Of a stretch of DNA of 32,000 nucleotides, positions 18,560 to 28,865 are shown in pieces. The DNA is taken from NCBI RefSeq assembly GCF_001457595.1, contig NZ_LN831039.1:120001-152000 (forward strand), given 5' to 3'. Source of the DNA: Mycolicibacterium smegmatis. Its GTDB lineage: Bacteria; Actinomycetota; Actinomycetes; Mycobacteriales; Mycobacteriaceae. Made by a program: the position numbers and the translations under genes. The notes under the pieces are model-generated. The model was not told where the DNA came from. It did not search any database and worked only from the letters and a program-made list of their open reading frames with translations. Position 1 is the first letter of the stretch. Every line of letters begins with the position of its first letter.

Positions 18560-19337
18560 GCTCCTCGGGAGAGATCCCGGCCGCCGTCATGAATCCCGAC
18601 AGCGAACCGTAGGCCTCCTCGAGCCGCTTCCACGCCGCGGCGAGATACTCCTCGCGCACGCCGAGCACCTCGTCGGTCAATCGCGCCTCGGCGAAAGTGA
18701 TGATCTCGGGCTCGTCGCCCGAGCGCGCCCGCACCGAGTCCATGATGCGGTTGCGCAACGGCGTGATCGCCTCGTTGCTGCGCAGGAAGTCGGCGAAGAT
18801 GTCGTCGCGGTCCACCCCGGCCGCGTCGAGCACCGTCGCGACCGTGAACCCCGTGCGGTCCTTGCCCGCGAAGCAGTGCGCGATCACCGGCCTGCCCGCG
18901 GCCAGCAGCGAGACCACCTGCCGCACCGCGTTGTGCGCGCCGGGCAGCGTCGGGAACTCCTCGTACACCTCGGTCATGTAGCGCCGGGCCGACTCGGTGA
19001 CGTCCTCGCCGTCGGGGGACTCGGACATCACCCGCTGAAACGTGCTCTCGTGCGGCGCATCCTGGCCCGACGTGTCGTCCGGGTGGAACGGCAGCAGGTG
19101 CACCGCGACGCCGTCGGGCACCTGGCCCGGGCCGCGGCGCTGCACCTCCTGGTGCGACCGCAGATCGGCGACGTCGGTGATGCCCAGCCGTTTGAACACG
19201 GCTCGGCCGTCGTCGGAGAGCTTGCTCAGCTCACTGGAGCGGTACAGCACGCCGGGCCGGATTCCGGTCTCCTGCGCGACATCCCGGAAGTTCCAGGCGC
19301 CGCCCAGCTCGAGCGACGTGCCATCGGGCCCGGTCAT
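18531..19337 (-). CDS. ptpB: Protein tyrosine / dual-specificity phosphatase PtpB (Y_phosphatase3 family, Rv0153c-like)
   Basis: Internal ATG (aa 96 of the 18531..19622 ORF): MTGPDGTSLELGGAWNFRDV... P-loop HCFAGKDRTGF (CX5R). 268 aa. The ATG overlaps the fadE2 TGA (ATGA, 19334-19337). Confidence 0.9.
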   Translation of the reverse strand: MTGPDGTSLELGGAWNFRDVAQETGIRPGVLYRSSELSKLSDDGRAVFKRLGITDVADLRSHQEVQRRGPGQVPDGVAVHLLPFHPDDTSGQDAPHESTFQRVMSESPDGEDVTESARRYMTEVYEEFPTLPGAHNAVRQVVSLLAAGRPVIAHCFAGKDRTGFTVATVLDAAGVDRDDIFADFLRSNEAITPLRNRIMDSVRARSGDEPEIITFAEARLTDEVLGVREEYLAAAWKRLEEAYGSLSGFMTAAGISPEELTALRDALR

Positions 19338-20569
19338 TTCGTGACCGCGAGGGCCAGGGGCGATTTCTCGCGGCCGAGCTCGGAACGGGCGATGGTGCGC
19401 ATGTGGACCTCGTCGGGCCCGTCGAACAGGCGCATCGCCCGGTGCCACGCGTACAGCCGCGCAAGCGGGAAGTCGTCGCTGACACCGGCCGCACCGTGCA
19501 CCTGGATCGCCCGGTCGAGCACGTTGCACGCCACCTGCGGGGCCACCGACTTGATCTGGGACACCAGCACGTGCGCGGCCTTGTTGCCCTGAAGGTCGAT
19601 GGTCCACGCGGCCTTCTCGCACAGCAGCCGGGCCTGGTCGATCTCGTTGCGCGACTTGGCGATCGCCTCACGCACCACACCCTGCTCGGCCAGCGGCTTG
19701 CCGAACGCCACCCGCTTCTGCACCCGGTCGACCATCAACGTCAGCGCACGCTCGGCCGCACCGATGGCGCGCATGCAGTGGTGGATGCGGCCCGGGCCCA
19801 GCCGGGCCTGGGCGATCGCGAACCCGCTGCCCTCGACGTCGAGCAGGTTCTCCGCGGGCACCCGCACGTCGTTGAACACGATCTCGCAGTGGCCGTGCTG
19901 GTCCTGCCAGCCGAACACCGGCAGCGAGCGCTGGATGTCCACCCCGGGGGTGTCCACGGGCACCAGGATCATCGACTGCTGCTGGTGTGCCGCGGCATCA
20001 GGGTTGGTGCGGCCCATGACGATCAGGATCTTGCAGCGCGGATCGGCGGCCCCGGTGATCCACCACTTGCGGCCGTTGATGACGTAGTGGTCGCCGTCGC
20101 GCAGCATCGTGGTCTCGATGTTGCGGGCGTCGCTGGAGGCCACGGCAGGCTCGGTCATTGCGAACGCGCTGCGGATCTCGCCGGCCAGCAGCGGTTCCAG
20201 CCACTGCTTGCGCTGGGCCTCGTTGGCGAACAGGTGCAGCGTCTCCATGTTCCCCGTGTCGGGGGCCTGGCAGTTGAGCGCCTCGGGCGCGATCTCCATG
20301 CTCCAGCCGGTGATCTCGGCCAGCGGCGCGTACTCCAGGTTGGTCAGCCCCGACTCCGCGGGCAGGAACAGGTTCCACAGTCCCCGGTCTTTCGCCTTGA
20401 CCTTGAGTTCTTCGACGACGGGCGGAACCGTGTGGTCCTTGGGGCCCTTTTCCTCGCGGTAGGCGTGGTACTCCGCCTCGGCGGGGAACACGAATTCGAC
20501 CATGAAGTCGGTGAGCCGCTTGTGGTAATCAGCCGCCTTGGCGGACATCGCGAAGTCCATGCCCGCCAC
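19334..20569 (-). CDS. fadE2: Acyl-CoA dehydrogenase (FadE2-like, ACAD10/11-type)
   Basis: 411 aa. FAMTEPAVASSDARNIET...INGRKWWITGA...GPGRIHHCMRAIG...DGPDEVHMRTIARSEL. GTG at 20569, or ATG at 20560 (MDFAMSAKAADYHKRL). Confidence 0.93.
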   Translation of the reverse strand: MAGMDFAMSAKAADYHKRLTDFMVEFVFPAEAEYHAYREEKGPKDHTVPPVVEELKVKAKDRGLWNLFLPAESGLTNLEYAPLAEITGWSMEIAPEALNCQAPDTGNMETLHLFANEAQRKQWLEPLLAGEIRSAFAMTEPAVASSDARNIETTMLRDGDHYVINGRKWWITGAADPRCKILIVMGRTNPDAAAHQQQSMILVPVDTPGVDIQRSLPVFGWQDQHGHCEIVFNDVRVPAENLLDVEGSGFAIAQARLGPGRIHHCMRAIGAAERALTLMVDRVQKRVAFGKPLAEQGVVREAIAKSRNEIDQARLLCEKAAWTIDLQGNKAAHVLVSQIKSVAPQVACNVLDRAIQVHGAAGVSDDFPLARLYAWHRAMRLFDGPDEVHMRTIARSELGREKSPLALAVTK

Positions 20570-20593
20570 GATATGACACGCGTCAGGTCAGCC

Positions 20594-21793
20594 CTACCGG
20601 GCCAGGGCAAATGCGATCAGACCGGCCAGCGCGGCCAGACCCATCACGGTGCCCGCGACGGCGGACCAGCCCGCGGCGTCGAACGCCAGACCGCCGAGCC
20701 AACCGACGGCGCTGGAGCCGCCGTAGTAGAAGAGGTTGTACAGCGCCGAGGCCTGTGCCTTGCTGTCGCCGGCCTCGGCGCCGACCCAGCCCGACGCGAT
20801 GGCGTGCGCACCGAAGAACCCCGCGGTCGCGATGACCAGGCCCACGAGCACCACGACGGCGTTGGTGCTCATCGTGACGGCGACACCGGCGATCATCGTC
20901 GCGATGGAGACCAGCAGGACCGGTTTGCGGCCGAACCGTGTGGCCTCGGCTCCCGCGCGCGCCGAGGCCCACGTGCCCGCCAGGTACGCCAGGAACACCA
21001 GGCTCACGACGGTCTGCGGCAGGTTGAACGGCGCGGCCGACAGGCGGAATCCCAGGAAGTTGTAGACCGCGACGAATCCGCCCATCAGCAGGAAGCCCTG
21101 GGCGAACAGGGCCAGTTGCCGCGGCGAGCGCAGGTTGGTCAGAAGCCGCCTGCCGAGATCCCGGTGGGTGCGGGCCGGGGTGAACCCCTGCGCGGCCGGG
21201 GCGAGCTTGACGAACGCCAGCGCCGCCATGCCGCACAGCAGCGCGACCGTCAGCACCCCGACGCGCCACCCGGCGAACTCGGCGACCGGGCCCGTCACGA
21301 GCCTGCCTGCCAGCCCGCCGATCGTGGTGCCCGCGACGTAGGTGCCCGCGGCGCGCGCCGCGTGTCCGGCGTTGATCTCCTCGGTCAGGTAGGCCACGGC
21401 CACGGCAGGGACGCCCGCCAGCGCGAGGCCTTCGACGAACCGCCCGCACAACAGCAGCGCGTAGGTGGGGGCGAACGGGACGAGCAGGCCCAGCACCGTC
21501 GCGACGACGACCGAAACGGTGATCACCTGGACGCGGCCGACACGGTCGGCGAGCGCGGCCCAGGGGAGCACGCCGAACGCGAGGCCGATGGTGGCGGCGG
21601 AGATCGCCAGCGCCGCGTGGGCGGCCCCGGTGCCGAGGTCACTCGCGATCAGCGGCAGGACCGCCTGCGGAGAGTACAGCTGCGCGAACGTCGCCACCCC
21701 GGCGCAGAACAGCGCGGCGAGCAGGCGGCGGTAATCGCTCGAGCCGCGGGTGTGTCCTTGCCAGACGGCGGGTTCGGGTTGGGCAGTCACCAC
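20594..21793 (-). CDS. MFS transporter (12-TM, YnfM-like)
   Basis: 399 aa. MFS motif A-like ALADRVGRVQV, and hydrophobic segments in a 6+6 arrangement. The stop is 24 nt upstream of fadE2. Confidence 0.9.
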   Translation of the reverse strand: MVTAQPEPAVWQGHTRGSSDYRRLLAALFCAGVATFAQLYSPQAVLPLIASDLGTGAAHAALAISAATIGLAFGVLPWAALADRVGRVQVITVSVVVATVLGLLVPFAPTYALLLCGRFVEGLALAGVPAVAVAYLTEEINAGHAARAAGTYVAGTTIGGLAGRLVTGPVAEFAGWRVGVLTVALLCGMAALAFVKLAPAAQGFTPARTHRDLGRRLLTNLRSPRQLALFAQGFLLMGGFVAVYNFLGFRLSAAPFNLPQTVVSLVFLAYLAGTWASARAGAEATRFGRKPVLLVSIATMIAGVAVTMSTNAVVVLVGLVIATAGFFGAHAIASGWVGAEAGDSKAQASALYNLFYYGGSSAVGWLGGLAFDAAGWSAVAGTVMGLAALAGLIAFALAR

Positions 21794-21836
21794 GCCGACG
21801 TTAAGCAGTCAGAAAAGATGTGTCCAATGCATGAAC

Positions 21837-22718
21837 TCACTCAACATCATGCGTAGTACGTATGACGAACTGCGCGAAGCGCTCCGCGGCCGGGGGCAGC
21901 GGGCGGTCCGCAGGCCACGCGAGCCCCAACTGCCGCTTGGCCGACGCCTGCGCCAGCGCGATGTACTCCGCACCCGGTTCGGCGCGCCCGGCGTGCGGAA
22001 CCGGAACCACGGCGACCCCGAAACCGGCCGCCACCAGACCCTCCATGGTCGGGATCTCCGTCGCCTCGAACACCACGTGCGGCGTGATGCCCGCCTCGGC
22101 GCACAGTTCCTCGGTCAGTTGCCGCAGCCCGAAACCGGGAGCCAGACCCACGAACGGCTCGTCGCCCGCGTCGGCCAATGTGATGCGCGATCGTGACGCC
22201 AACCGGTGACCGCGCGGCACCGCCAGGCACAGCCGCTCGACGTACAGCCCGCGCCACTGGAAACCCTCGGGCCGCGGCGATGTGATCGCCAGATCGACCT
22301 GCCCGCCGGCCAGGCGCTCGAGGAGATCGTGCGCGGCGCCCTGGGTCAGGCTGAACTGCACGTGCGGGGCGTGCGCGCGGAACCGGCGGAGCAGATCGGG
22401 CACGAAGGAGCCGGCCTGCGAATGCAGGAACGCCAACCGCACCAGGCCGGTGTCGGGATCCCGCATCGCCGCGATCCGCTCTGTGGCCGAACGCATTTCG
22501 GTGATCGTGCGGCGTGCGTGCTCCAGCAGGATCTCGCCGTAGGCGTTGAGCTGCAGCCTGCGGTTGACCCGGTCGAACAGCGGCACCCCCACCTCGTCCT
22601 CGAGCCGGGCCAGCGCACGCGACAACGTCGGCTGGCTGATGCCGAGTTCGGCGGCGGCGTCGGTGACATGCTCGGTCTCGGCGAGCACGACGAACCAGCT
22701 CAGCTCGTCGAGGTGCAT
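21837..22718 (-). CDS. LysR-family transcriptional regulator
   Basis: MHLDELSWFVVLAETEHVTDAAAELGISQPTLSRALARLEDEVGVPLFDR is an HTH_1 domain, followed by a LysR substrate-binding domain. 293 aa. Confidence 0.92.
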   Translation of the reverse strand: MHLDELSWFVVLAETEHVTDAAAELGISQPTLSRALARLEDEVGVPLFDRVNRRLQLNAYGEILLEHARRTITEMRSATERIAAMRDPDTGLVRLAFLHSQAGSFVPDLLRRFRAHAPHVQFSLTQGAAHDLLERLAGGQVDLAITSPRPEGFQWRGLYVERLCLAVPRGHRLASRSRITLADAGDEPFVGLAPGFGLRQLTEELCAEAGITPHVVFEATEIPTMEGLVAAGFGVAVVPVPHAGRAEPGAEYIALAQASAKRQLGLAWPADRPLPPAAERFAQFVIRTTHDVE

Positions 22719-22789
22719 ACCGTGACGCTACCGCCCGCTCTGCGGCAAACAGGGCATCGGGACGGCGTTGCTGTGGAATGCTGACCCGC

Positions 22790-23428
22790 ATGTCAGACAA
22801 GGTTCGGGTGGTCGTGGGCGACGACCATCCGATGTTCCGCGAGGGCGTGGTGCGGGCACTGACCTCAAGTGGTGACATCGACGTGGTGGCCGAGGCCGAC
22901 AACGGCGCAGACGCCCTGGAACTCATCAAGGTTCACCGACCCGCGGTCGCGTTGCTGGATTACCGCATGCCCCAACTCGACGGGGCCCAGGTCGCCGCGG
23001 CCGTCGTGCGTGACGAACTGCCCACGCGCGTGCTGCTGGTGTCCGCGCACGACGAGTCCGCGATCGTCTACTCGGCGCTGCAGCAGGGCGCCGCGGGATT
23101 CTTGTCCAAGGAATCGACGCGCAGCGAACTGGTGAGCGCGGTGTTGTCGTGCGCCAAGGGGCGTGACGTGATCACACCGCATCTCGCGGCCGGGCTCGCT
23201 GGCGAGATCCGCCGTCGCAACGAACCCGACGTGCCGGTGCTCAGCCCGCGGGAACGCGAGGTGCTCAACCTCATCGCGCAGGGCCGCAGCATTCCCGCGA
23301 TGGCCAAGGAGCTGTATCTGGCGCCGTCGACGGTGAAGACCCACGTGCAACGGCTCTACGAGAAGCTCGGCGTGAGTGACCGCGCGGCGGCCGTCGCCGA
23401 GGCGATGCGACGGCACCTGCTGGACTGA
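22790..23428 (+). CDS. NarL/LuxR-family two-component response regulator
   Basis: MSDKVRVVVGDDHPMFREG...VALLDYRMPQLDG is the receiver domain; LSPREREVLNLIAQGRSIPAMAKELYLAPSTVKTHVQRLYEKLGV is the GerE/LuxR HTH. Confidence 0.93.
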   Translation: MSDKVRVVVGDDHPMFREGVVRALTSSGDIDVVAEADNGADALELIKVHRPAVALLDYRMPQLDGAQVAAAVVRDELPTRVLLVSAHDESAIVYSALQQGAAGFLSKESTRSELVSAVLSCAKGRDVITPHLAAGLAGEIRRRNEPDVPVLSPREREVLNLIAQGRSIPAMAKELYLAPSTVKTHVQRLYEKLGVSDRAAAVAEAMRRHLLD

Positions 23429-23443
23429 GGTGCCAGAACAGCG

Positions 23444-24610
23444 ATGATATCGGGCCGGATCGTCGAATTCTTTGCCTCACAACCTGTCCGGGTATCGGCC
23501 GTCCTGCGGTTGCCGCTCATCGGGTTGATCTTCGTGCTGGTCATGGTGTGGGAGGTCGACCACTGGTTGCCGGGGTTGTACGCGGTGATCCTGGGCCTGT
23601 ATGCCGCCGCTGCCGTGCTGTGGCTGGTGGTCGTGATACGCGGGCCCATGCCGCGCTGGGCCGAATGGGCGTCCACGGCCGTCGACGGCCTGGTGCTGCT
23701 GGCGTTGTGCGCGGTGTCCGGCGGCGCCACCGCGGCCCTGCTGCCGGTGTTCTTCCTGCTGCCGATATCCGTTGCGTTCCAAGACCGTCCGTTGTTGACG
23801 GCGATGCTCGGCACGGCCACCGCGACGGGCTATCTGGGCGCGTGGATCTTCTACTCGAAACGTGACGACACCGTCGGGCTGCCCAACGTCGTCTACATGC
23901 AGGTGGGATTTCTGCTGTGGCTCGCGGTGGCCACCACGGCGTTGTCGCTCGTGCTGGTGCGCCGTTCGGCGCGCGTGCGTGCGCTGCTCGACGTGCGCCG
24001 CCGCCTGGTGCAGGAATCCGCGCGCGCCGACGAACTGCGCGATGCCGAACTGGCCGAGGCGCTGCACGACGGCCCGCTGCAGACCCTGCTGGCCGCGCGC
24101 CTGGAGCTCGACGAACTCCGCGAACGCAATCCCGATCCGGCGCTGGACGTCGTGCACGCCGCGTTGCAGCAGACCGCGACCGGGCTGCGCTCCACCGTGA
24201 CGGCGCTGCACCCGCAGGTGTTGGCACAGCTGGGGCTCGCACCTGCTGTCCGGGAACTGTTGCGACAGTACGAGAATCGCGGCGATCTGGTGATCCGCGC
24301 GAACATCGCCGATGTCGGGCAACCGGAGGCGCAGGCGCTGTTGTACCGCGCGGCCCGCGAGTTGCTGGCCAACGTGCACAAACACGCGCGCGCCGCGACA
24401 GTGACGGTGCGCTTGTTCCGGCAGGGCGAGCGCACGGTGCTGACCGTCGTCGACGACGGCGTCGGGTTCGACCCCGACATCGTCGCGCAGTCGGTGGCCG
24501 AGGGCCACATCGGCCTGGCGTCGCTGCAGGTGCGCATCGAGGCCATGGGTGGTGCCATGACCATCAGTTCCGAGGAGGGATTCGGCACGCAGGTGACGGT
24601 GATCCTCTAG
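23444..24610 (+). CDS. Sensor histidine kinase (HisKA_3 / NarX-DesK type) with a polytopic N-terminal domain
   Basis: About 190 aa of closely spaced TM segments, then the H-box ELAEALHDGPLQTL, the N-box ELLANVHKHA, the G-boxes VVDDGVGF and GHIGLASL, and GFGTQVTV. Confidence 0.9.
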   Translation: MISGRIVEFFASQPVRVSAVLRLPLIGLIFVLVMVWEVDHWLPGLYAVILGLYAAAAVLWLVVVIRGPMPRWAEWASTAVDGLVLLALCAVSGGATAALLPVFFLLPISVAFQDRPLLTAMLGTATATGYLGAWIFYSKRDDTVGLPNVVYMQVGFLLWLAVATTALSLVLVRRSARVRALLDVRRRLVQESARADELRDAELAEALHDGPLQTLLAARLELDELRERNPDPALDVVHAALQQTATGLRSTVTALHPQVLAQLGLAPAVRELLRQYENRGDLVIRANIADVGQPEAQALLYRAARELLANVHKHARAATVTVRLFRQGERTVLTVVDDGVGFDPDIVAQSVAEGHIGLASLQVRIEAMGGAMTISSEEGFGTQVTVIL

Positions 24611-24619
24611 GGGCTCAGT

Positions 24620-26221
24620 TCATTTCACGCACGGGATGCCCGAGGCGGTCATCTGGCTCAGGTCTGTGGGCGCAGGTGTGTAGGTGCCCGTGGCGGTCGC
24701 GGCCACCGTGGTGATGGGTGTGAGTTCGGCCGTCTCGGAGGGTCCGTAGCTCTCGGATTCGCTCGCCCCCGAGGTGGTGCTGGTGAACATATCGGCCCCC
24801 AGGTAGTCCGTGCCGGGGAAGTCGGTACCGATCGTCAACCGCACCGTGTCGGCCAGTACCCAGTCGGAAGGGGTTGCGGTGACACCCAGTTCGGTCGCGA
24901 GTGAGTGCGCGGCGGCGTCGGCGCCGGGACCGTAGTCGATGGTGGTGGCCGGCTCGAGTGCCTCGGCGTCGCCGATCTGCCCTTCGGTGAAGTTGTCGGC
25001 GGCGAACGTGGTCTGGAGTTTGGCGGCCAGCCCGGTGTAGGTGGAACCGTTGATGACGTCGAGCGTCGCGCCGTGCCCGTTGAGTTCGGGCTTGTCCGGC
25101 GTCGCGGTCGTGGTGGCCGGATCGTCCTTGCTCACCAGGTCGTGCACGATCTTGCGGATCGTCGGCACGTCGATGATGTTGATGTCCTCGCCGTAGGCGT
25201 TCTGGCCGAACTCCTTGATGGGCAGTGTGTAGAGCGTCGGTGGTGCGTCGGTGAGTGCGGACGCCCGTTTGGTGAAGCTCGCGAGGTCGAACCCGGCGTC
25301 GAGCGCCACGTTCTGCTTGGTGACGTCGAGCAGGCCGCGCAGCTTCGACGGGCTGCTCAGCGCGCCGCTCTGTCTGAGCGCCGAGACCAGCGCCGCGAGG
25401 AACGCCTGCTGCCTGCGGGTGCGGTCCAGGTCGGTGAAGTTCTCGTCGTTGATGTCGCGGCGCTGCCGCACGAACGCCATGGCCTGCGCGGCATCGATCT
25501 GCTGTACGCCCTTGCGGAAATCGGCGCCCGAATACGGATCCGACGTGTCGTCGTTGAGGCATACGGTGATCGGCGCGACGGCCTTGGCGATCTCGAAGAA
25601 CGCGCCGAGGGTGACCTCGACGAAATGGTCGATGGGGATTCCCAGCAGGTTCCGCACCGTGGCGATCTCGGCTTTGCGTCCGGCCTCGCGGGCCTTCTGT
25701 TCGCGGGTCGCGGGATCCTCCTCCTCGGACTCGGTGGCCTCCATCTCGGCCTGGTAGGCGAATCCGTAGGCCTGCTTGACCTTGCCCTTGCAGATCCCCG
25801 AAGGACACCCGGCGAGGTCCACATAGTCGTCGCGGGGGATGGAGAACGCGGTCGCGGGACCGCCGTCGCCGGGCAGGTGCACCACGATCAGCACGTTGGC
25901 GTTGTAACCGCCGACCGTCTCGTCCCCGGCGTGCAGGGCCTGGTAGACGTCCTCGGGCAGCGGGTTGCCGTGCTGGTCCAGGCGGCTGTCGAGTCCCATG
26001 ATGAGGATGTTCTCGGTGTCACCGACCGATCCCGATTCGCCCGCGAGCGCGTTGGACGTCGTGATGCCGTCGAGTGCGCCGTGGTAGGTCACCCAGCCCA
26101 TGCCGGTGCCGGCCAGGATCGCGGCGGCGGTCAGCCCGACGAGGGCTCTACGCGCAAGCCGCACCGCACGTCGGGGCGTACGGCGCCTGGGCTTGGTCAG
26201 CGCATGGGCAGGTGAGTTCAT
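24620..26221 (-). CDS. LCP (LytR-CpsA-Psr) family cell-envelope phosphotransferase with a LytR_C-like C-terminal domain
   Basis: N-terminal TM anchor (LVGLTAAAILAGTGMGW). LCP core NILIMGLDSR...ANVLIVVHL...SIPRDDYVDL...AMAFVRQRR...DLDRTRRQQAFLAAL. C-terminal LDVINGSTYTGLA. ATG at 26221; the track uses the TTG at 26227. Confidence 0.9.
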   Translation of the reverse strand: MNSPAHALTKPRRRTPRRAVRLARRALVGLTAAAILAGTGMGWVTYHGALDGITTSNALAGESGSVGDTENILIMGLDSRLDQHGNPLPEDVYQALHAGDETVGGYNANVLIVVHLPGDGGPATAFSIPRDDYVDLAGCPSGICKGKVKQAYGFAYQAEMEATESEEEDPATREQKAREAGRKAEIATVRNLLGIPIDHFVEVTLGAFFEIAKAVAPITVCLNDDTSDPYSGADFRKGVQQIDAAQAMAFVRQRRDINDENFTDLDRTRRQQAFLAALVSALRQSGALSSPSKLRGLLDVTKQNVALDAGFDLASFTKRASALTDAPPTLYTLPIKEFGQNAYGEDINIIDVPTIRKIVHDLVSKDDPATTTATPDKPELNGHGATLDVINGSTYTGLAAKLQTTFAADNFTEGQIGDAEALEPATTIDYGPGADAAAHSLATELGVTATPSDWVLADTVRLTIGTDFPGTDYLGADMFTSTTSGASESESYGPSETAELTPITTVAATATGTYTPAPTDLSQMTASGIPCVK

Positions 26222-26263
26222 GATCAACTGCCATTATGCTGCCGATGGCGTGAAAGTGACTGG

Positions 26264-27403
26264 TCAGGTACCCAAACCGCGCGAGATGACCAGCCGCTGG
26301 ATCTGATTTGTGCCCTCGAAGATCTGGGTGATCTTTGCTTCGCGCATGTAGCGCTCGACGCGGAAGTCGCGTGTGTAGCCGACCCCGCCGAGAACCTGCA
26401 CGGCGTCGGTCGTGACCTTCATGGCCGCGTCGGTGGCGACCAGCTTGGCGACGCTGGCTTGACTCGAGTACGGCAGCCCGGCGTCGCGTCGGCGCGCGGC
26501 GTCCAGATAGGTGGCGCGCGCGCTGACGACAGCGGCGGCCATGTCGGCGAGCAGGAACCCTAATCCCTGGTGGTCGATGATCTTTCGGCCGAACGTGGTG
26601 CGCTCGTGGGCGTAGCGCACGGCCTCGTCCAGTGCGGCCTGGGCGATGCCGACGGCCACCGCGGCGATGCCGAGGCGCCCTGAGTCCAGTGCCGAGAACG
26701 CGATCGACAGGCCCTGGCCCTCGGTGCCGATGAGCCGGTCGGCGTCGATACGCGCGTTGTCGTAGAACGCCGAGGTGGTGGGCACGGCGTGCAGGCCCAT
26801 CTTCTCCTCGGGTTTGCCGAAGCTCAGGCCCGGCAGGTCGCCGGGCACCAGGAAGCACGAGACGCCCTTGGAGCCCTCGCCGGTGCGGGCGAACAGCGTG
26901 TAGAAGTCCGCGCGACCGCCGTGGGTGATCCAGGCCTTGGAGCCGTTGAGCACGAAGCCGTCGCCGTCGCGTCTGGCCGCGCACCGCAGCGCTGCCGCGT
27001 CGGACCCGGCCTGCGGTTCGGACAGGCTGTAGGCGCCGATCTGCTCGCCCGAGAGCATGCCGGGCAGCCAGCGCTGCTTCTGCTCGTCGGTGCCGAACGC
27101 CAGCAGCGGGTGCGACGAGAGGCTGTGCACGCTGACCGCGACGGCCACCGCGGCCCAGCGTGCGGCGATCTCCTCCAGGACCTGCAGGTACACCTCGTAC
27201 GGTTGACCGCCGCCACCCCACTGTTCGGGCTGGGGCAGGCTCAACAACCCCGCCGCGCCGAGTTGGGCGAACACCCCTTCGGGATAGGTCTCGTTGCGTT
27301 CATGCTCGTCGACGATCGGGTCGAGCACCTTGTCGGCGACCTCGCGGGTCAGCGCGATCAGGTCACGGGCTTCTTCGGAAGGTAGGAGACGGTCGACCGA
27401 CAT
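26264..27403 (-). CDS. Acyl-CoA dehydrogenase (short/medium-chain type)
   Basis: 379 aa. GAYSLSEPQAGSDAAAL...NGSKAWITHG...ERYMREAKITQIFEGTNQIQRLVISR. The ATG lies 1 nt after the pntB stop. Confidence 0.93.
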   Translation of the reverse strand: MSVDRLLPSEEARDLIALTREVADKVLDPIVDEHERNETYPEGVFAQLGAAGLLSLPQPEQWGGGGQPYEVYLQVLEEIAARWAAVAVAVSVHSLSSHPLLAFGTDEQKQRWLPGMLSGEQIGAYSLSEPQAGSDAAALRCAARRDGDGFVLNGSKAWITHGGRADFYTLFARTGEGSKGVSCFLVPGDLPGLSFGKPEEKMGLHAVPTTSAFYDNARIDADRLIGTEGQGLSIAFSALDSGRLGIAAVAVGIAQAALDEAVRYAHERTTFGRKIIDHQGLGFLLADMAAAVVSARATYLDAARRRDAGLPYSSQASVAKLVATDAAMKVTTDAVQVLGGVGYTRDFRVERYMREAKITQIFEGTNQIQRLVISRGLGT

Positions 27404-27404
27404 G

Positions 27405-28847
<1,443 letters not shown>

Positions 28848-28865
28848 CAGAAAAAGGTTTCCGTT

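Noticed and set aside
19403-21856. 817-aa plus-strand ORF, the longest in the window
   Set aside because: It is antisense to two unrelated well-supported genes (fadE2 and the MFS transporter) and their spacer. It is extremely R/G/D/H/Q-rich with no domain-like segments.
24615-26215. Alternative-frame and antisense ORFs over the LCP gene (24615..25808 minus, 24905..26215 plus)
   Set aside because: The LCP frame carries the conserved LCP core motifs. The others are Arg/His/Gly-rich with no features.
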